This document shows, piece by piece, positions 25,954 through 37,275 of a stretch of DNA of 64,000 nucleotides (its first letter is position 1; each line of letters starts with the position of its first letter). A program made the translations under genes and the position numbers. Under the pieces are notes generated by a model. It ran no database searches. It was not told the origin of the DNA and worked only from the letters and a program-made list of their open reading frames with translations. The stretch is taken from positions 3,348,001 to 3,412,000 of the forward strand of contig NC_043011.1 of NCBI RefSeq assembly GCF_006345805.1, in the 5' to 3' direction. The stretch comes from Octopus sinensis. Its lineage: Eukaryota.

Positions 25954-26270
25954 GTAATACAGGGGAGCTGTCCAGTCTGATGAGCTTCAATTTACTATTA
26001 TTTTCTTCTCAAATCATCCAATCTGTCTGTGTTGCCTACCATGAAATATAGATGAGTCAGTGTGAATGTGGAAAGATGCTTAGATACTAAAAATAATAAT
26101 TTCTATCATTGGTAAAAGACCACAAAAGTTTGTAGGAAGAACATTTTCATTTAAACCAATCAATCCAAGACTTGACTAGTATTTATTTTATCAACTGTGC
26201 AACGGTTAAAAATCAATGACTACTTCCATGGGCTTAAACTTAGTAAAGGAACATACTTAATTATCACAAG

Positions 26271-26333
26271 ACATTTTGTTTGGAGCTCTTCTGCTTCTTT
26301 CGAGACAATTTTAGGAATGAAGTGAAATTGAAG
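26271..26333 (+). CDS. Candidate exon (TFCLELFCFFRDNFRNEVKLK)
   Basis: AAG acceptor and donor AAG|gtatac; phase 0 to 0. Confidence 0.22.
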
Positions 26334-26879
26334 GTATACTGAACCTGTGAGGTTGAGGCAACATTCTACTGCATATAATTGCCAAGGATGCAACAGTAAT
26401 TTACATGTAGTAAGTAAAAAAGTAAGCTGGATATTAAAGGGTATCAGCCAATGTTAGTAGGAAAGGTAGCAGCATTATCATGAACTATCATGCAAGTTAA
26501 TGGAAAAGGGTGTTGAGGACTAGGACTTGTTGAACTCCTTATCTCCATTCTAAATTTGTCCCTAAACTCATTTTTACTTTCACTTAGCTTACATAAATTG
26601 TACAACCCTCGGCAGGCATTCATTTACATCTAGTTTTATTTAGTGCCCATACTTGTACCTTGGAGGGGAACTCTCTTGGTGCAATCCCAGGGTCATTCAT
26701 GACCAAAAGGGATCTTTAACCTTTATACCTTCGTGTATTACTTAATTAAGTATTCTGGTAACCACCTTGCAGATATTTTGAATGTCTCAGCATGTATCCC
26801 TGATGGGTCAGCATCTTGCCCTGGTTTTATATTCTTAATCATTATTTCCCTTATACTACTATCAGCTTGAATTGCTGTT

Positions 26880-27290
26880 CCCTCTACTAAATGAACAAGA
26901 ATCCCATGCATTCTTCTTGTTCAAAAACTCTTGTAATAACAATTCTGTGCTTTTTTCTGGTCAGCAGCCGTAATGATAAGTATGCTTTCATCATTTCAGA
27001 AACACTTCTCAAAGACACCAAGGGTGTTTCTCTGACACTCTTGCAAGCCTAAACGCATCATTTCTCAGATCCTCCTATTACAGGACATGAGCAAATCTTT
27101 TCCTTTGTGCTTCACCCTAGCTAAGTACGTCTGTTGCCTAGCTTCCCACCTACTTGCCTAGTGGTGCTCTCTACCTCTATCTTCTTTCCAAATTTTCAAA
27201 ACCAGTTTTCTAGCTTTTACAGTTCTGTGTACCATGTCCTTCCACTGCTAAGCCAACTTTGATCTGGCTGGAACCTTACACTAGCCATAA
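26880..27290 (-). mobile_element. Decayed RTE-like LINE fragment
   Basis: Broken minus-strand translation REARQQTYLAR..EDLRNDAFRLAR resembles the RTE endonuclease-RT linker. Confidence 0.45.
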
Positions 27291-27554
27291 ATCTAATCTG
27301 TAACAATATCTGATATTACTGATATCTGATATCTAATCTGTAACATCTGATATTGCTATCTTGTAGGACATCACAGTTGTTATCCCTTTCCATACACTCT
27401 ATACATCAAATAGAATTTCCCTAAACATGACCAAGTGCAGGTTCTTTTAGCTTCCATGAATTCCTTCACTATATTATCTTTTGTGCCTAAGTTCACCTTG
27501 CTCCAGCTCTGAAGTTACTACACATTAATCTATATTGGACTGTGTATATAAATG

Positions 27555-27716
27555 TTAAGGTGGTGCTCCAGTATGGCTGCATTCAAATGACTGAAACAGA
27601 ATGGCTGTGTAGTGGGGTTCGGTCCCACTGCATGGCATCTTGGGCAAGTGTCTTCTACTTGGGCCAACCAAAGCCTTGTGAGTGGATTTGGTAGACAGAA
27701 ACTGAAAGAAGCCCAT

Positions 27717-27753
<37 letters not shown>

Positions 27754-28574
27754 TCTTTTTTTTTACTCTTTTTACTTGTTTCAGTCATTTGTCTGCAGCC
27801 ATGCTGGAGCACCGCCTTTAGTCGAGCAAATCAACCCCAGGAGTTATTCTTTGTAAGCCTAGTATTTATTCTATCAGATCTCTTTTGCCGAACCGCTAAG
27901 TTACGGGGACATAGACACACCAGCATCGGTTGTCAAGCAATGCTAGGAGGACAAACACAGACACACAAACACACACACATATATATATACACACACACAC
28001 ATGTATGTAGGTGTGTTTGTGTCTGTGTTCCTTACCATTGCTTGACAACCAATGTTAGTGTGTTTACATCCCTGTAACTTAGTGGTTCAGCAAAAGAAAC
28101 TGATAGAATAGGTACTAGACTTACAAGGAATAAGTCTGGAGGTCAGTTTGTTCAACTAAAGGTGGTGCTCCAGCATGGTTGCAGCCAAATGACTGAATCA
28201 AGTAAAAGAGTATATGTATATCTATGTGTGTGTATATATATACTCTTTTACTCTTTTGCTTATTTTAGTCATTTGACCCCAGGACTTATTCTCTGTAAGC
28301 CCAGCACTTATTCCATCAGTCTCTTTTGCTAAGTTACGGGGACTTAAACACACCAGCATCGGTTGTCAAGCGATGTTGGGGGGACAAACACAGACACACA
28401 CACACACACACACATATATATACATATATACGACAGGCTTCTTTCAGTTTCCATCTACCAAATCCACTCACAAGGCTTTGGTCGGCCCAAGGCTATAGTA
28501 GAAGACAGTGGGACTGAACCCGGAACCATGTGGTTGGTAAGCAAGCTACTTACCACACAGCCACTCCTACACCC

Positions 28575-28575
<1 letters not shown>
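27555..28575. mobile_element. Cluster of SINE family A fragments in both orientations
   Basis: Heads at 27605(+) and 28440-28575(-); tails at 27555(+), 27755-27960(-), 28020-28210(+) and 28240-28390(-). Confidence 0.85.
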
Positions 28576-28613
<38 letters not shown>

Positions 28614-28822
28614 TGTGAAATAGAAAGATGAATAATCTTGTAGTAGATTAATCAAAAGTTTAACCGATACCTTAGTAGCAAAAATCACAGCAGTAAACAG
28701 CACGGTTGGAGGTACAACCATCTGGCGTTGCAACCGTGCGTTGGTGCGGATAATTGAAATTAAAACATTATTGGTGAATTGAAGAAATGGAGCTGAACGC
28801 AGATTGAACAGAAATCGTTTTA

Positions 28823-28911
28823 TTTCATTCTACACATGTTTCGAAAGGCACAAATTACCAAAATCCGATTGAATAATGGGACCATATTGTGTCTTTCTCT
28901 TCAGGAAGAAA
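28823..28911 (-). ncRNA. Type I hammerhead ribozyme, complete core
   Basis: Minus strand: UUUCUUC-CUGAAGA-GAAAGACACAA...UUGUGCCUUUC-GAAA-CAUGUG-UA-GAAUGAAA. Predicted cut after GUA (plus coordinate 28831). Confidence 0.75.
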
Positions 28912-29402
28912 AAAGGAAATCCGTTGGAAACACAAAAACAGAACAGAGGCGGAGCAAAAAACAAATCGAACTGTGCTCCTAAGAGCCCATGGCGAAACTG
29001 TTTATCAGTGTATGTTGAGAACCGGTGGCTGAAGAATTCAACGGGTCAGGCATCGGTCAATCATGTGGGTGAGGGTGTATAGATGCTCTTTGTGACCGAG
29101 AATAAAGTTCTGACTATTTAAGGAATATTGGATGTTTTATAAGGGGCGAGAAAAAATCTACTTAGAGACGTGTGTGTGTATACTGTTCTATATATGTGTG
29201 TGTTGGCGTAGGGGTAGAAAACATTTTTTGTGTACGTGTGTGCGTTTGATCGTTCGGCTGTCAGTGGCTACTGCCGTGATAACCGTTGGGTGGCAGAAAG
29301 AAAAAAAAAAAAAAATATATATATATTATGTTTTATGTGTGTGTGTGTTCATCTGAGCCTCAGATGGCAGGCTCAGATGAACACACACACACATAAAACA
29401 TA

Positions 29403-29802
29403 CTCTTTTAACTCTTTTACTCTTTTACTTGTTTCAGTCATTTGACTGCGGCCATGCTGGAGCACCGCCTTTAATCGAGCAACTCGACCCCGGGACTTAT
29501 TCTTTTGTAAGCCCAGTACTTATTCTATCGGTCTCTTTTGCCGAACCGCTAAGTAACGGGGACATAAACACACCAGCATCGGTTGTCAAGCAATGCTAGG
29601 GGGACAAACACAGACACACACACGCATATACATATATACGACGGGCTTCTTTAAGTTTCCATCTACCAAATCCACTCACAAGGCTTTGGTTGGCCCGGGG
29701 CTATAGTAGAAGACACTTGCCCAAGGTGCCACGCAGTGGGACTGAACCCGGAACCATGTGGTTGATTAGCAAGCTACTTACCACACAGCCACTCCTGCGC
29801 CT
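29403..29802 (-). mobile_element. SINE family A inserted in the right arm of the palindrome
   Basis: Full copy that is absent from the corresponding TA-rich position of the left arm. Confidence 0.92.
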
Positions 29803-30222
29803 ATATATATATATATTTTTTTTTTTTTTTTCTTTCTGCCACCCAACGGTTATCACGGCAGTAGCCACTGACAGCCGAACGATCAAACGCACACACGTAC
29901 ACAAAAAATGTTTTCTACCCCTACGCCAACACACACATATATAGAACAGTATACACACACACACGTCTCTAAGTAGATTTTTTCTCGCCCCTTATAAAAC
30001 ATCCAATATTCCTTAAATAGTCAGAACTTTATTCTCGGTCACAAAGAGCATCTATACACCCTCACCCACATGATTGACCGATGCCTGACCCGTTGAATTC
30101 TTCAGCCACCGGTTCTCAACATACACTGATAAACAGTTTCGCCATGGGCTCTTAGGAGCACAGTTCGATTTGTTTTTTGCTCCGCCTCTGTTCTGTTTTT
30201 GTGTTTCCAACGGATTTCCTTT

Positions 30223-30311
30223 TTTCTTCCTGAAGAGAAAGACACAATATGGTCCCATTATTCAATCGGATTTTGGTAATTTGTGCCTTTCGAAACACGT
30301 GTAGAATGAAA
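30223..30311 (+). ncRNA. Type I hammerhead ribozyme, complete core
   Basis: Stem I TTTCTTC/GAA(T)GAAA, core CTGAAGA at 30230-30236, 11-bp stem II with one mismatch, GAAA at 30292-30295, palindromic stem III ACACGTGT, cleavage triplet GUA (cut after 30303). Confidence 0.78.
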
Positions 30312-30393
30312 TAAAACGATTTCTGTTCAATCTGCGTTCAGCTCCATTTCTTCAATTCACCAATAATGTTTTATATATATATATATATATATA

Positions 30394-30807
30394 CACTTTA
30401 CTCTCTTTTACTCTTTTACTTGTTTCAGTCATTTGACTGCGACCATGCTGGAGCACCGCCTTTAGTCGAGCAAATCGATCCCGGGACTTATTCTTTGTAA
30501 GCCCAGTACTTATTCTATTGGTCTCTTTTGCCGAACCGCTAAGTGACGGGGACGTAAACACACCAGCATCGGTTGTCAAGCAATGCTAGGGGGACAAACA
30601 CACACACACAAACATATACACACACACTTATATATATATACATATATATGACAGGCTTCTTTCAGTTTCCGTCTACCAAATCAACTCACAAGGCATTGGT
30701 CGGCCCGGGGCTATAGCAGAAGACACTTGCCCAAGATGCCATGCAGTGGGACTGAACCCGGAACCATGTGGTTGGTAAACAAGCTACTTACCACACAGCC
30801 ACTCCTG
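30394..30807 (-). mobile_element. SINE family A copy
   Basis: Full reverse copy. Its head is mirrored at 30817-30940. Confidence 0.9.
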
Positions 30808-30940
30808 GCTATAGCGCAGGAGTGGCTGTGTGGTAAGTAGCTTGTTTACCAACCACATGGTTCCGGGTTCAGTCCCACTGCATGGCATCTTGGGCAAGTG
30901 TCTTCTGCTATAGCCCCGGGCCGACCAATGCCTTGTGAGT
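30684..30940. repeat. Perfect inverted repeat of a SINE head (124-bp arms, 9-nt spacer)
   Basis: Both arms share the private variants CTGCATGGCATC and CTTGTTTACC. Confidence 0.9.
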
Positions 30941-31418
30941 GGAATAAGTCTGGAGGTCAGAGTAAAAGAGAGTAAAGTGTATATATATATATATAAACAT
31001 ACACACATTGTGCATGTGTATATGAAACAATATGAAACAATTTATACACAATTTCTGTAATAGACTTCAAAACCTAACTGAGTCGGTCTCCGATATGTTT
31101 GGTCTGGTTTTATTTTTCCTTCAGTGATCCATCAGTCCTGCAGATATTTTATAGTTAACTGCCCATCAGATCATGATAAAATGAATATTGGCAGCTGAAA
31201 TCACATTAACTCTTTTGTTTAGAGGAAGTAAAACTTTTGGCAACGATAAGAACTTTCACTTGCTTTCCAAAGAATTCTGAAAATGTATTTTTCTCTTTTT
31301 TGTACAGACATATTTTTTTTCTACTTTTTCTTTGCCATAACCATTGCTAAAGGACTGATATATAAATGAACTCTAGAATTCATTATTGTTGTTGGTGGTG
31401 ATGATGTTGTTGTTGTTG

Positions 31419-31419
<1 letters not shown>

Positions 31420-31465
<46 letters not shown>

Positions 31466-31694
31466 ATTATTATCATCATTATTATTATTATTATCATCAT
31501 CATTATTATTATTGTTATTATTATTATTATAGTTATTATCATTATTATTATTATTATCATCATTATTATTATTATCATCATTATTATTATTATTATTATT
31601 GTTATTATTATTATAGTTATTATTATTATTATTATTATTATTATTGTTATTATTATTATTGGTGATGGTGGTAGTAGTAGTAGTAGTGGTAGTG

Positions 31695-31728
<34 letters not shown>
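31420..31728. repeat. (ATT)n followed by (GTA)n microsatellite
   Basis: Direct reading. Confidence 0.95.
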
Positions 31729-32194
31729 ATAAAATTCTCTGTAGGATTTTCTCCAGCTCTTTAGAGTCTGAATTTTAATCCCATCAAATCAACTTTGCCA
31801 TTCATCCTTGTGAGTTTAATAAGATGTAGTACTTTGCACATTATGGTTGACTATGTCCTCCCCAACAAATTTGGAGTTTTATGTCTATATTAGAAATAAT
31901 AATAATAATTGTTATTTCTATTCGGCCTTCTTATTGCATGCTTTTTTTTTACACTACTAAGTGCAGCTCTATGTGCCTCATATATTTGCAGTGGTTTGTT
32001 TTGGTTCTGTTGTTTTCCAATATGGTAAGCACTCCATGCAATATGCATGTAGTGCAACTTTGTGGTATATTGTCTGTCTTTATGTCCTGAGTTAAAATTC
32101 TGTCAAAGACAATGCTGGCCACTGGGGGTCAATGTAATCGACTTACCCTCTCCCCTAAAATTGCTGGCCTTGTGCCAAAATTTTAAATCAATAT

Positions 32195-32525
32195 GCCAGT
32201 GGCACGTATAAGGGTACCATTCGAGCGTAATCGTTACCAACGTTGCCTTACTGGCACCTGTGCTGGTGACATGTGTAAAAGGATTCGAGCGAGATCATTG
32301 CCAGTACTGCCTGACTGGCCCCCCCATGCCGGTGGCGCGTAAAAAGCACCCATTACGCTCTCAGAGTGGTTGGCATTAGGAAGGGCCTCCAGCTGTAGAA
32401 ACTCTGCCAGATCAAGATTGGAGACTGGTGCAACCATCAGGTTCACCAGCCCTCAGTCAAAATCGCCCAACCCATGCTAGCATGGAAAGCGGACGTTAAA
32501 CGATGATGATGATGATGATGATGAT
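32195..32525 (+). mobile_element. SINE family C, longest copy
   Basis: Same body and (GAT)n tail as 9330-9539. Confidence 0.8.
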
Positions 32526-32599
32526 ATAGTGTTCAGTATTTCTTTTTTATGGATGTTAACTATATTTGTGAGCCCTGATTCATTGCTTAGGTATATGTT

Positions 32600-33480
32600 T
32601 GCATGTTCTTTGCAGTCTCAAAGTATAAAGGTCTGGAAGTAGAGATAAGCTGAATGTGCAATCCACTTTCAGACCTCACGTTCAGTTTATGTCTATTTTC
32701 AGATCTTTATATTTGGGTAATATCTCCATTTCTTTTAGAGATATATTGCCACCATTTGGGACCGATACATTGTTTAGAAGGTATTTCTCTTCCTAGAGAT
32801 CCTTCACTAAAATATCTTGCCATTGTCTTAATTCACTCGTCTGTATTGACACATCCCTGAGTACAGTCATTTTGCCATTCTTGGAGACCTTTTTGGGTCT
32901 CTCGGGGATGCGATCTCTTTTCTGCATAACTCTCAGTATATATAAGTCCCAACTCTGTCATGGCTGTGGATAATTCTTCTTTATCTAAGACTGGGCAGTC
33001 AAACACAGACTGGTAAATTGTTTCTGCCATATCTCCATATATTCTTCAATTTCTTATTTGTATTCAACTTCCTTATATTCAATTGGTGGTTGCAGGTAGG
33101 TGGGTCTTGTACACCAATCAAAACACTCCGGTTTCTGCTTTGAGTCTTGCAGTTCTCAGTCACTATTCTACCTTTTCCTTGTCAACTTCCATTTTCTTTA
33201 GCTTCTTCAATTATGAACCATAGCAGACCTTTTCTAGTCTTTACTTAATCATAGCATTTTGTAACACCCAATTATGACTCAGACTGAAGCTGTTTTACAA
33301 TTTTTGCTTTTGTTTCACCTTTTTCTTCATAACAGTCATTTCAACCTCTAATTTGTATTTGTCAACATCCTTCAGGACAGAAAACAGCTTTTGTTTTTGT
33401 TTTTTCTTCATACACATTTGTGTTATTCATTTCATGATTCTTTACTATATATTTTAGAAGCCCAGCAGAGAATATTCTAT
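32600..33480 (-). mobile_element. Decayed R4/Dong-like LINE fragment
   Basis: Minus strand EILPKYKDLKIDIN..GLK matches the EKLSKYKDL motif at 6630-6660. Confidence 0.5.
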
Positions 33481-33571
33481 AATAGTTTTCAAGTTGCACA
33501 ATGCCATTACCATTTCTCTATTCATTAGCATATCTGATAAAATACTTTGTGGTATTTTGTTTCAAGTTTTA

Positions 33572-33805
33572 AAAGGCAGCAAGCTGGCAGAAACATTAGC
33601 ATGCCGGGCGAAATGCTTAGCGGTATTTCGTCTGCCGTTACGTTCTGAGTTCAAATTCCGCCAAGGTCGACTTTGCCTTTCATCCTTTCGGGGTCGATTA
33701 AATAAGTACCAGTTATGCACTGGGGTCGATATAATCGACTTAATCCGTTTGTCTGTCCTTGTTTGTCCCCTCTATGTTTAGCCCCTTGTGGGTAGTAAAG
33801 AAATA
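33572..33805 (+). mobile_element. Young SINE family B copy with 21-bp TSD, inside an older family B copy
   Basis: GGTATTTTGTTTCAAGTTTTA at 33551-33571 and 33806-33826. Confidence 0.9.
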
Positions 33806-34935
33806 GGTATTTTGTTTCAAGTTTTACATTCTGAGTTCAAATCCTGTTATAACATTTTATACTCCAAAGTTGATAAAATAAAGTACTGATAAAATAAAGT
33901 ACTGGAGTTGATATACTTGACTGACCCTAACCATCAACATTTCTGACTTTGTACTTGTGTCAGAAGCATATATTATTCATTGGGGGAATGGTTTGATAGA
34001 ATCAGTTGAGTGTCGGACAAAATATTTTGTTGTATTTTCTTCCAGCTGTTTATGATTAGAGTTCAAATCCTGCTGTGGTCAACTTCGCCTTTTATCCCCA
34101 CCACCTTGGTCAATAAAATAAGTTACCACTCAGTTATTAGAGCTGATAGTATGGCTGGCCCTCCCCCAAATTTTGGGCCTTATCCATATCTGTGAGCTAA
34201 CAATATTTTTAAAGCATTAAGCAAAATGACTTGTGGTAATTCTTGTTTTAGGTTCAAATTATAGTAAGGCCACCTTTGCCTTTTATCTCTCTAGGGTTGA
34301 TAAAATATATTACCCACCAAGTACTGGGTGATGGTATCAGCTTATCCCTATTCCCAAATATTTGTGTCATGTGCCTATATTAGAAACAATAAAGAGTAAT
34401 AGACTGACACTGGGGACTATGTAATCAAATTCCCTCGAAATTACTGACCTTGTGCCAGTATTTGAAACCTTCATCATCATCATCATCAGATTGGCAGAAT
34501 TGCTAGAGCATCAAAGAAAGTGCCTTCCAATATTTCTTCAGCTGTTTACATTCTGATTTCAATTCTCATCTAGGCATCTTTGCCTTTCATCCCTTCAGTT
34601 GAATAATGAGGTTGATTTAATAGACTAATCCCCTAATGTCAAATTTCTGCTTTTGCACTTATGTTAGAAATTATCACTATTGTTGTTATTATTGTTGTAT
34701 TTTGGAATGACTGGACATGTTACAAGTCACTATAAGAAAAATAAATTGTTATCAAACCTTACTAGATTAAAATTTTTCGTTTTAAAAATAGTTTGCGAAT
34801 AAAGGAGTTTAAAATGTGCAGACATCTCCCCAAATATCTGGAGTAAACAAAAGGCCTGTTTTTGTTTTAGAACCTATTTCAATTTTTCTCAAAATTTTTT
34901 TGTGTTTGCATTTAATTCCATATGACTTCTTTAAC

Positions 34936-35935
34936 TACAAGGCTGAATCAAAAGTTTTTTTGCATGTCAAGCTTTAACAGCTGAAACAAATTACAGAAAA
35001 AAACATTTATTCATGAAAATATATTCCATAATATTCTATTGTCTGTTGCCATCGCTGTGCCAGAAACTCAATCCCATGCTTATATCATTTGACTGGTTTA
35101 CAGACAAAACCTCCCTGTGCCTGTTTTCAGCCTCATTCACATTGTTGAATCTCTATCTTGGAAAAGGTGGTAATCTGATGGTTCAAGGTCTGGAATGTAG
35201 GCAGGCTGAAGTAGCACTTCCAGCCCCTTAAGTACTTCAAGTTTGCACTTGGTCACATTGGCAGTGCGTGCTGGGGCATTGTCATTCTGTAGGATTGACA
35301 AATGTTAGATAGTGGGCTTTCAAAGAATCATATGCTCACTGTTATTGCTGAGAATAAAGGTTAACATTCACAGCACGACCATCTGGGACAGGCTCAAAGT
35401 GCAACACCCTCTCGAAATTCCCCAAATACACAGCATGACCCTCTGTTCAACCTGCCATTGTCTGAGAATAGGTTCTGAAGCCTGACTGGAATGAAAACAC
35501 TGATTTCGCTTATTAGAATTATGAAGATTTTATTAGAATTACGAAGATCCATTTTTCATCCACAGTTGGTGTTCAATGCCAAAAATGAGCATGTCAGGGA
35601 TTTGTCAGCAGCTGTTTGCAAATGTTCACATGTTCCTAAACCTGATCATTGATCAGTTCATGAGGAGCTCCTTGACAGCATCTGTTTACAAGGCTGAGCT
35701 TATGGATATGTCAACTGATGGTGCTTTGTAAAGGATCAAGTTCTGCTGACATACATGAGTGCTTGTGATTGGCTGTTGTTCAAACATTTCAAGTCAAAGC
35801 TCATCTTCCACAATGGTTTGTCTTCAAGGCTGATATCCCTTTCCATGAACTGCCAGAATCAGTTTTGTGCCACCTGTTTGTTGACAGTTCCTGGACTATC
35901 GATATCAGTAATTTCTTTTGCTGTTGCCTTTGCAT
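34936..35935 (-). mobile_element. Degenerate mariner transposon
   Basis: Minus strand ILQNDNAPARTANVTK..EVLLQPAYIPDLEPSDYHLF (DNA..H and YSPDLAPSD motifs); TIR-like TACAAGGCTGAATCAAAAGT at 34936. Confidence 0.75.
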
Positions 35936-35941
35936 TCTCTC

Positions 35942-36342
35942 TCTTTTACTCTTTTACTCTTTTACTTGTTTCAGTCATTTGACTGCGGCCATGCTGGAGC
36001 ACTGCCTTTAGTCGAGCAAATCGACCCCGGGACTTATTCTTTTTGTAAGCCCAGTACTTATTCTATCGGTCGCTTTTGCCGAACCGCTAAGTAACGGGAA
36101 CGTAAACACACCAGCATCGGTTGTCAAGCAATGCTAGGGGGACAAACACACACACATACACATACACACACATATATATATACATATATACGACAGGCTT
36201 CTTTCAGTTTCCGTCTACCAAATCCACTCACAAGGCATTGGTTGGCCCGGGGCTATAGCAGAAGACACTTGCCCAAGATGCCACACAGTGGGACTGAACC
36301 CGGAACCATGTGGTTGGTAAACAAGCTACTTACCACACAGCC
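35942..36342 (-). mobile_element. SINE family A copy
   Basis: Near-consensus reverse copy. Confidence 0.9.
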
Positions 36343-37055
36343 AAATTTTTCCTAAAGCACCTACTTTTTTAGCGAGCGTTTCTGTTTTCAATCCCTTATC
36401 TTATGCTTTTCTCTGTTTTCAGATTTTTATATAAGGATAATTTCTCCATTTATTTCATAGACTTTGTGCTGGGACTGATACTTCAGTCTGATGACACTTT
36501 TCTGGCATTATTCAATCAATTCGTTTTTCTTTGAAAGCTTTTCTGATTTATGTTTTCACTAATTCTTTAGTTTTTGTATTTTATGATACTAGCATAGCTT
36601 ACTTGTATGAAGGATTCAACACTTTAATGCATGTAGATATACTATAGCTGTCTTTCTTGACAGTCAGGGACATTGCAATTGGTTGTTTCTTCACAATCTT
36701 CGTATTTCTTTACAGTTATTTTGCATATTTTCATTATCATCATCATCATTTAGCGTCCGCTTTACATGCTAGCATGGGTTGGACGGTTCAACTGGGGTCT
36801 GGGAAGCCAGAAGGCTGCACCAGGCCCAGTCTGATCTGGCAGTGTTTCTATGGCTGGATGCCCTTCCTAACGCCAACCACTCCGTGAGTGTAGTGGGTGC
36901 TTTTTACGTGCCACCTGCACGGAGGCCATTCATTGAATATTTTTGGCTGTTTATGGCTGGAAGTCTTGTTCAACAGTCAAATGTTCTTTTATTCTTTAGC
37001 ATTCAGGTTACACTTTCAAATGCGATACTTTTTTATTCACATTGTTTTTAATTAA

Positions 37056-37275
37056 CCCTTTAGTATTTAAACCAGCCATTTCTGGCCCAAATATTCTACT
37101 TATGTTATGTTCAGGCTGGCCATATTCAACCTCGCACACCTACCCTACAATGTCGTTCTAAAAATAAGCAACCACATCATCAAAATCTTAAAGCTATAAG
37201 ATAATGCATGATTACTTCAAAACAGTGTGTATCAAAAAGCATTAAATTTGATGGAGTACTCTGTATATTAAAGGG
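37056..37275. mobile_element. piggyBac-type MITE
   Basis: TTAA-CCCTTTA...TAAAGGG-TTAA, followed by an inverted fragment of the same family (37277-37390). Confidence 0.8.

Larger units (their letters stand above)
28761..30373. repeat. Long palindrome: 600-bp left arm (28761-29360), 8-nt spacer CAGATGGC, right arm (29369-30373) interrupted by a SINE
   Basis: The arms are reverse complements apart from a C/T at 28837/30298 and microsatellite or homopolymer lengths. The identical ORF pair 28876..29082(+) and 30052..30258(-) confirms this. Confidence 0.95.
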
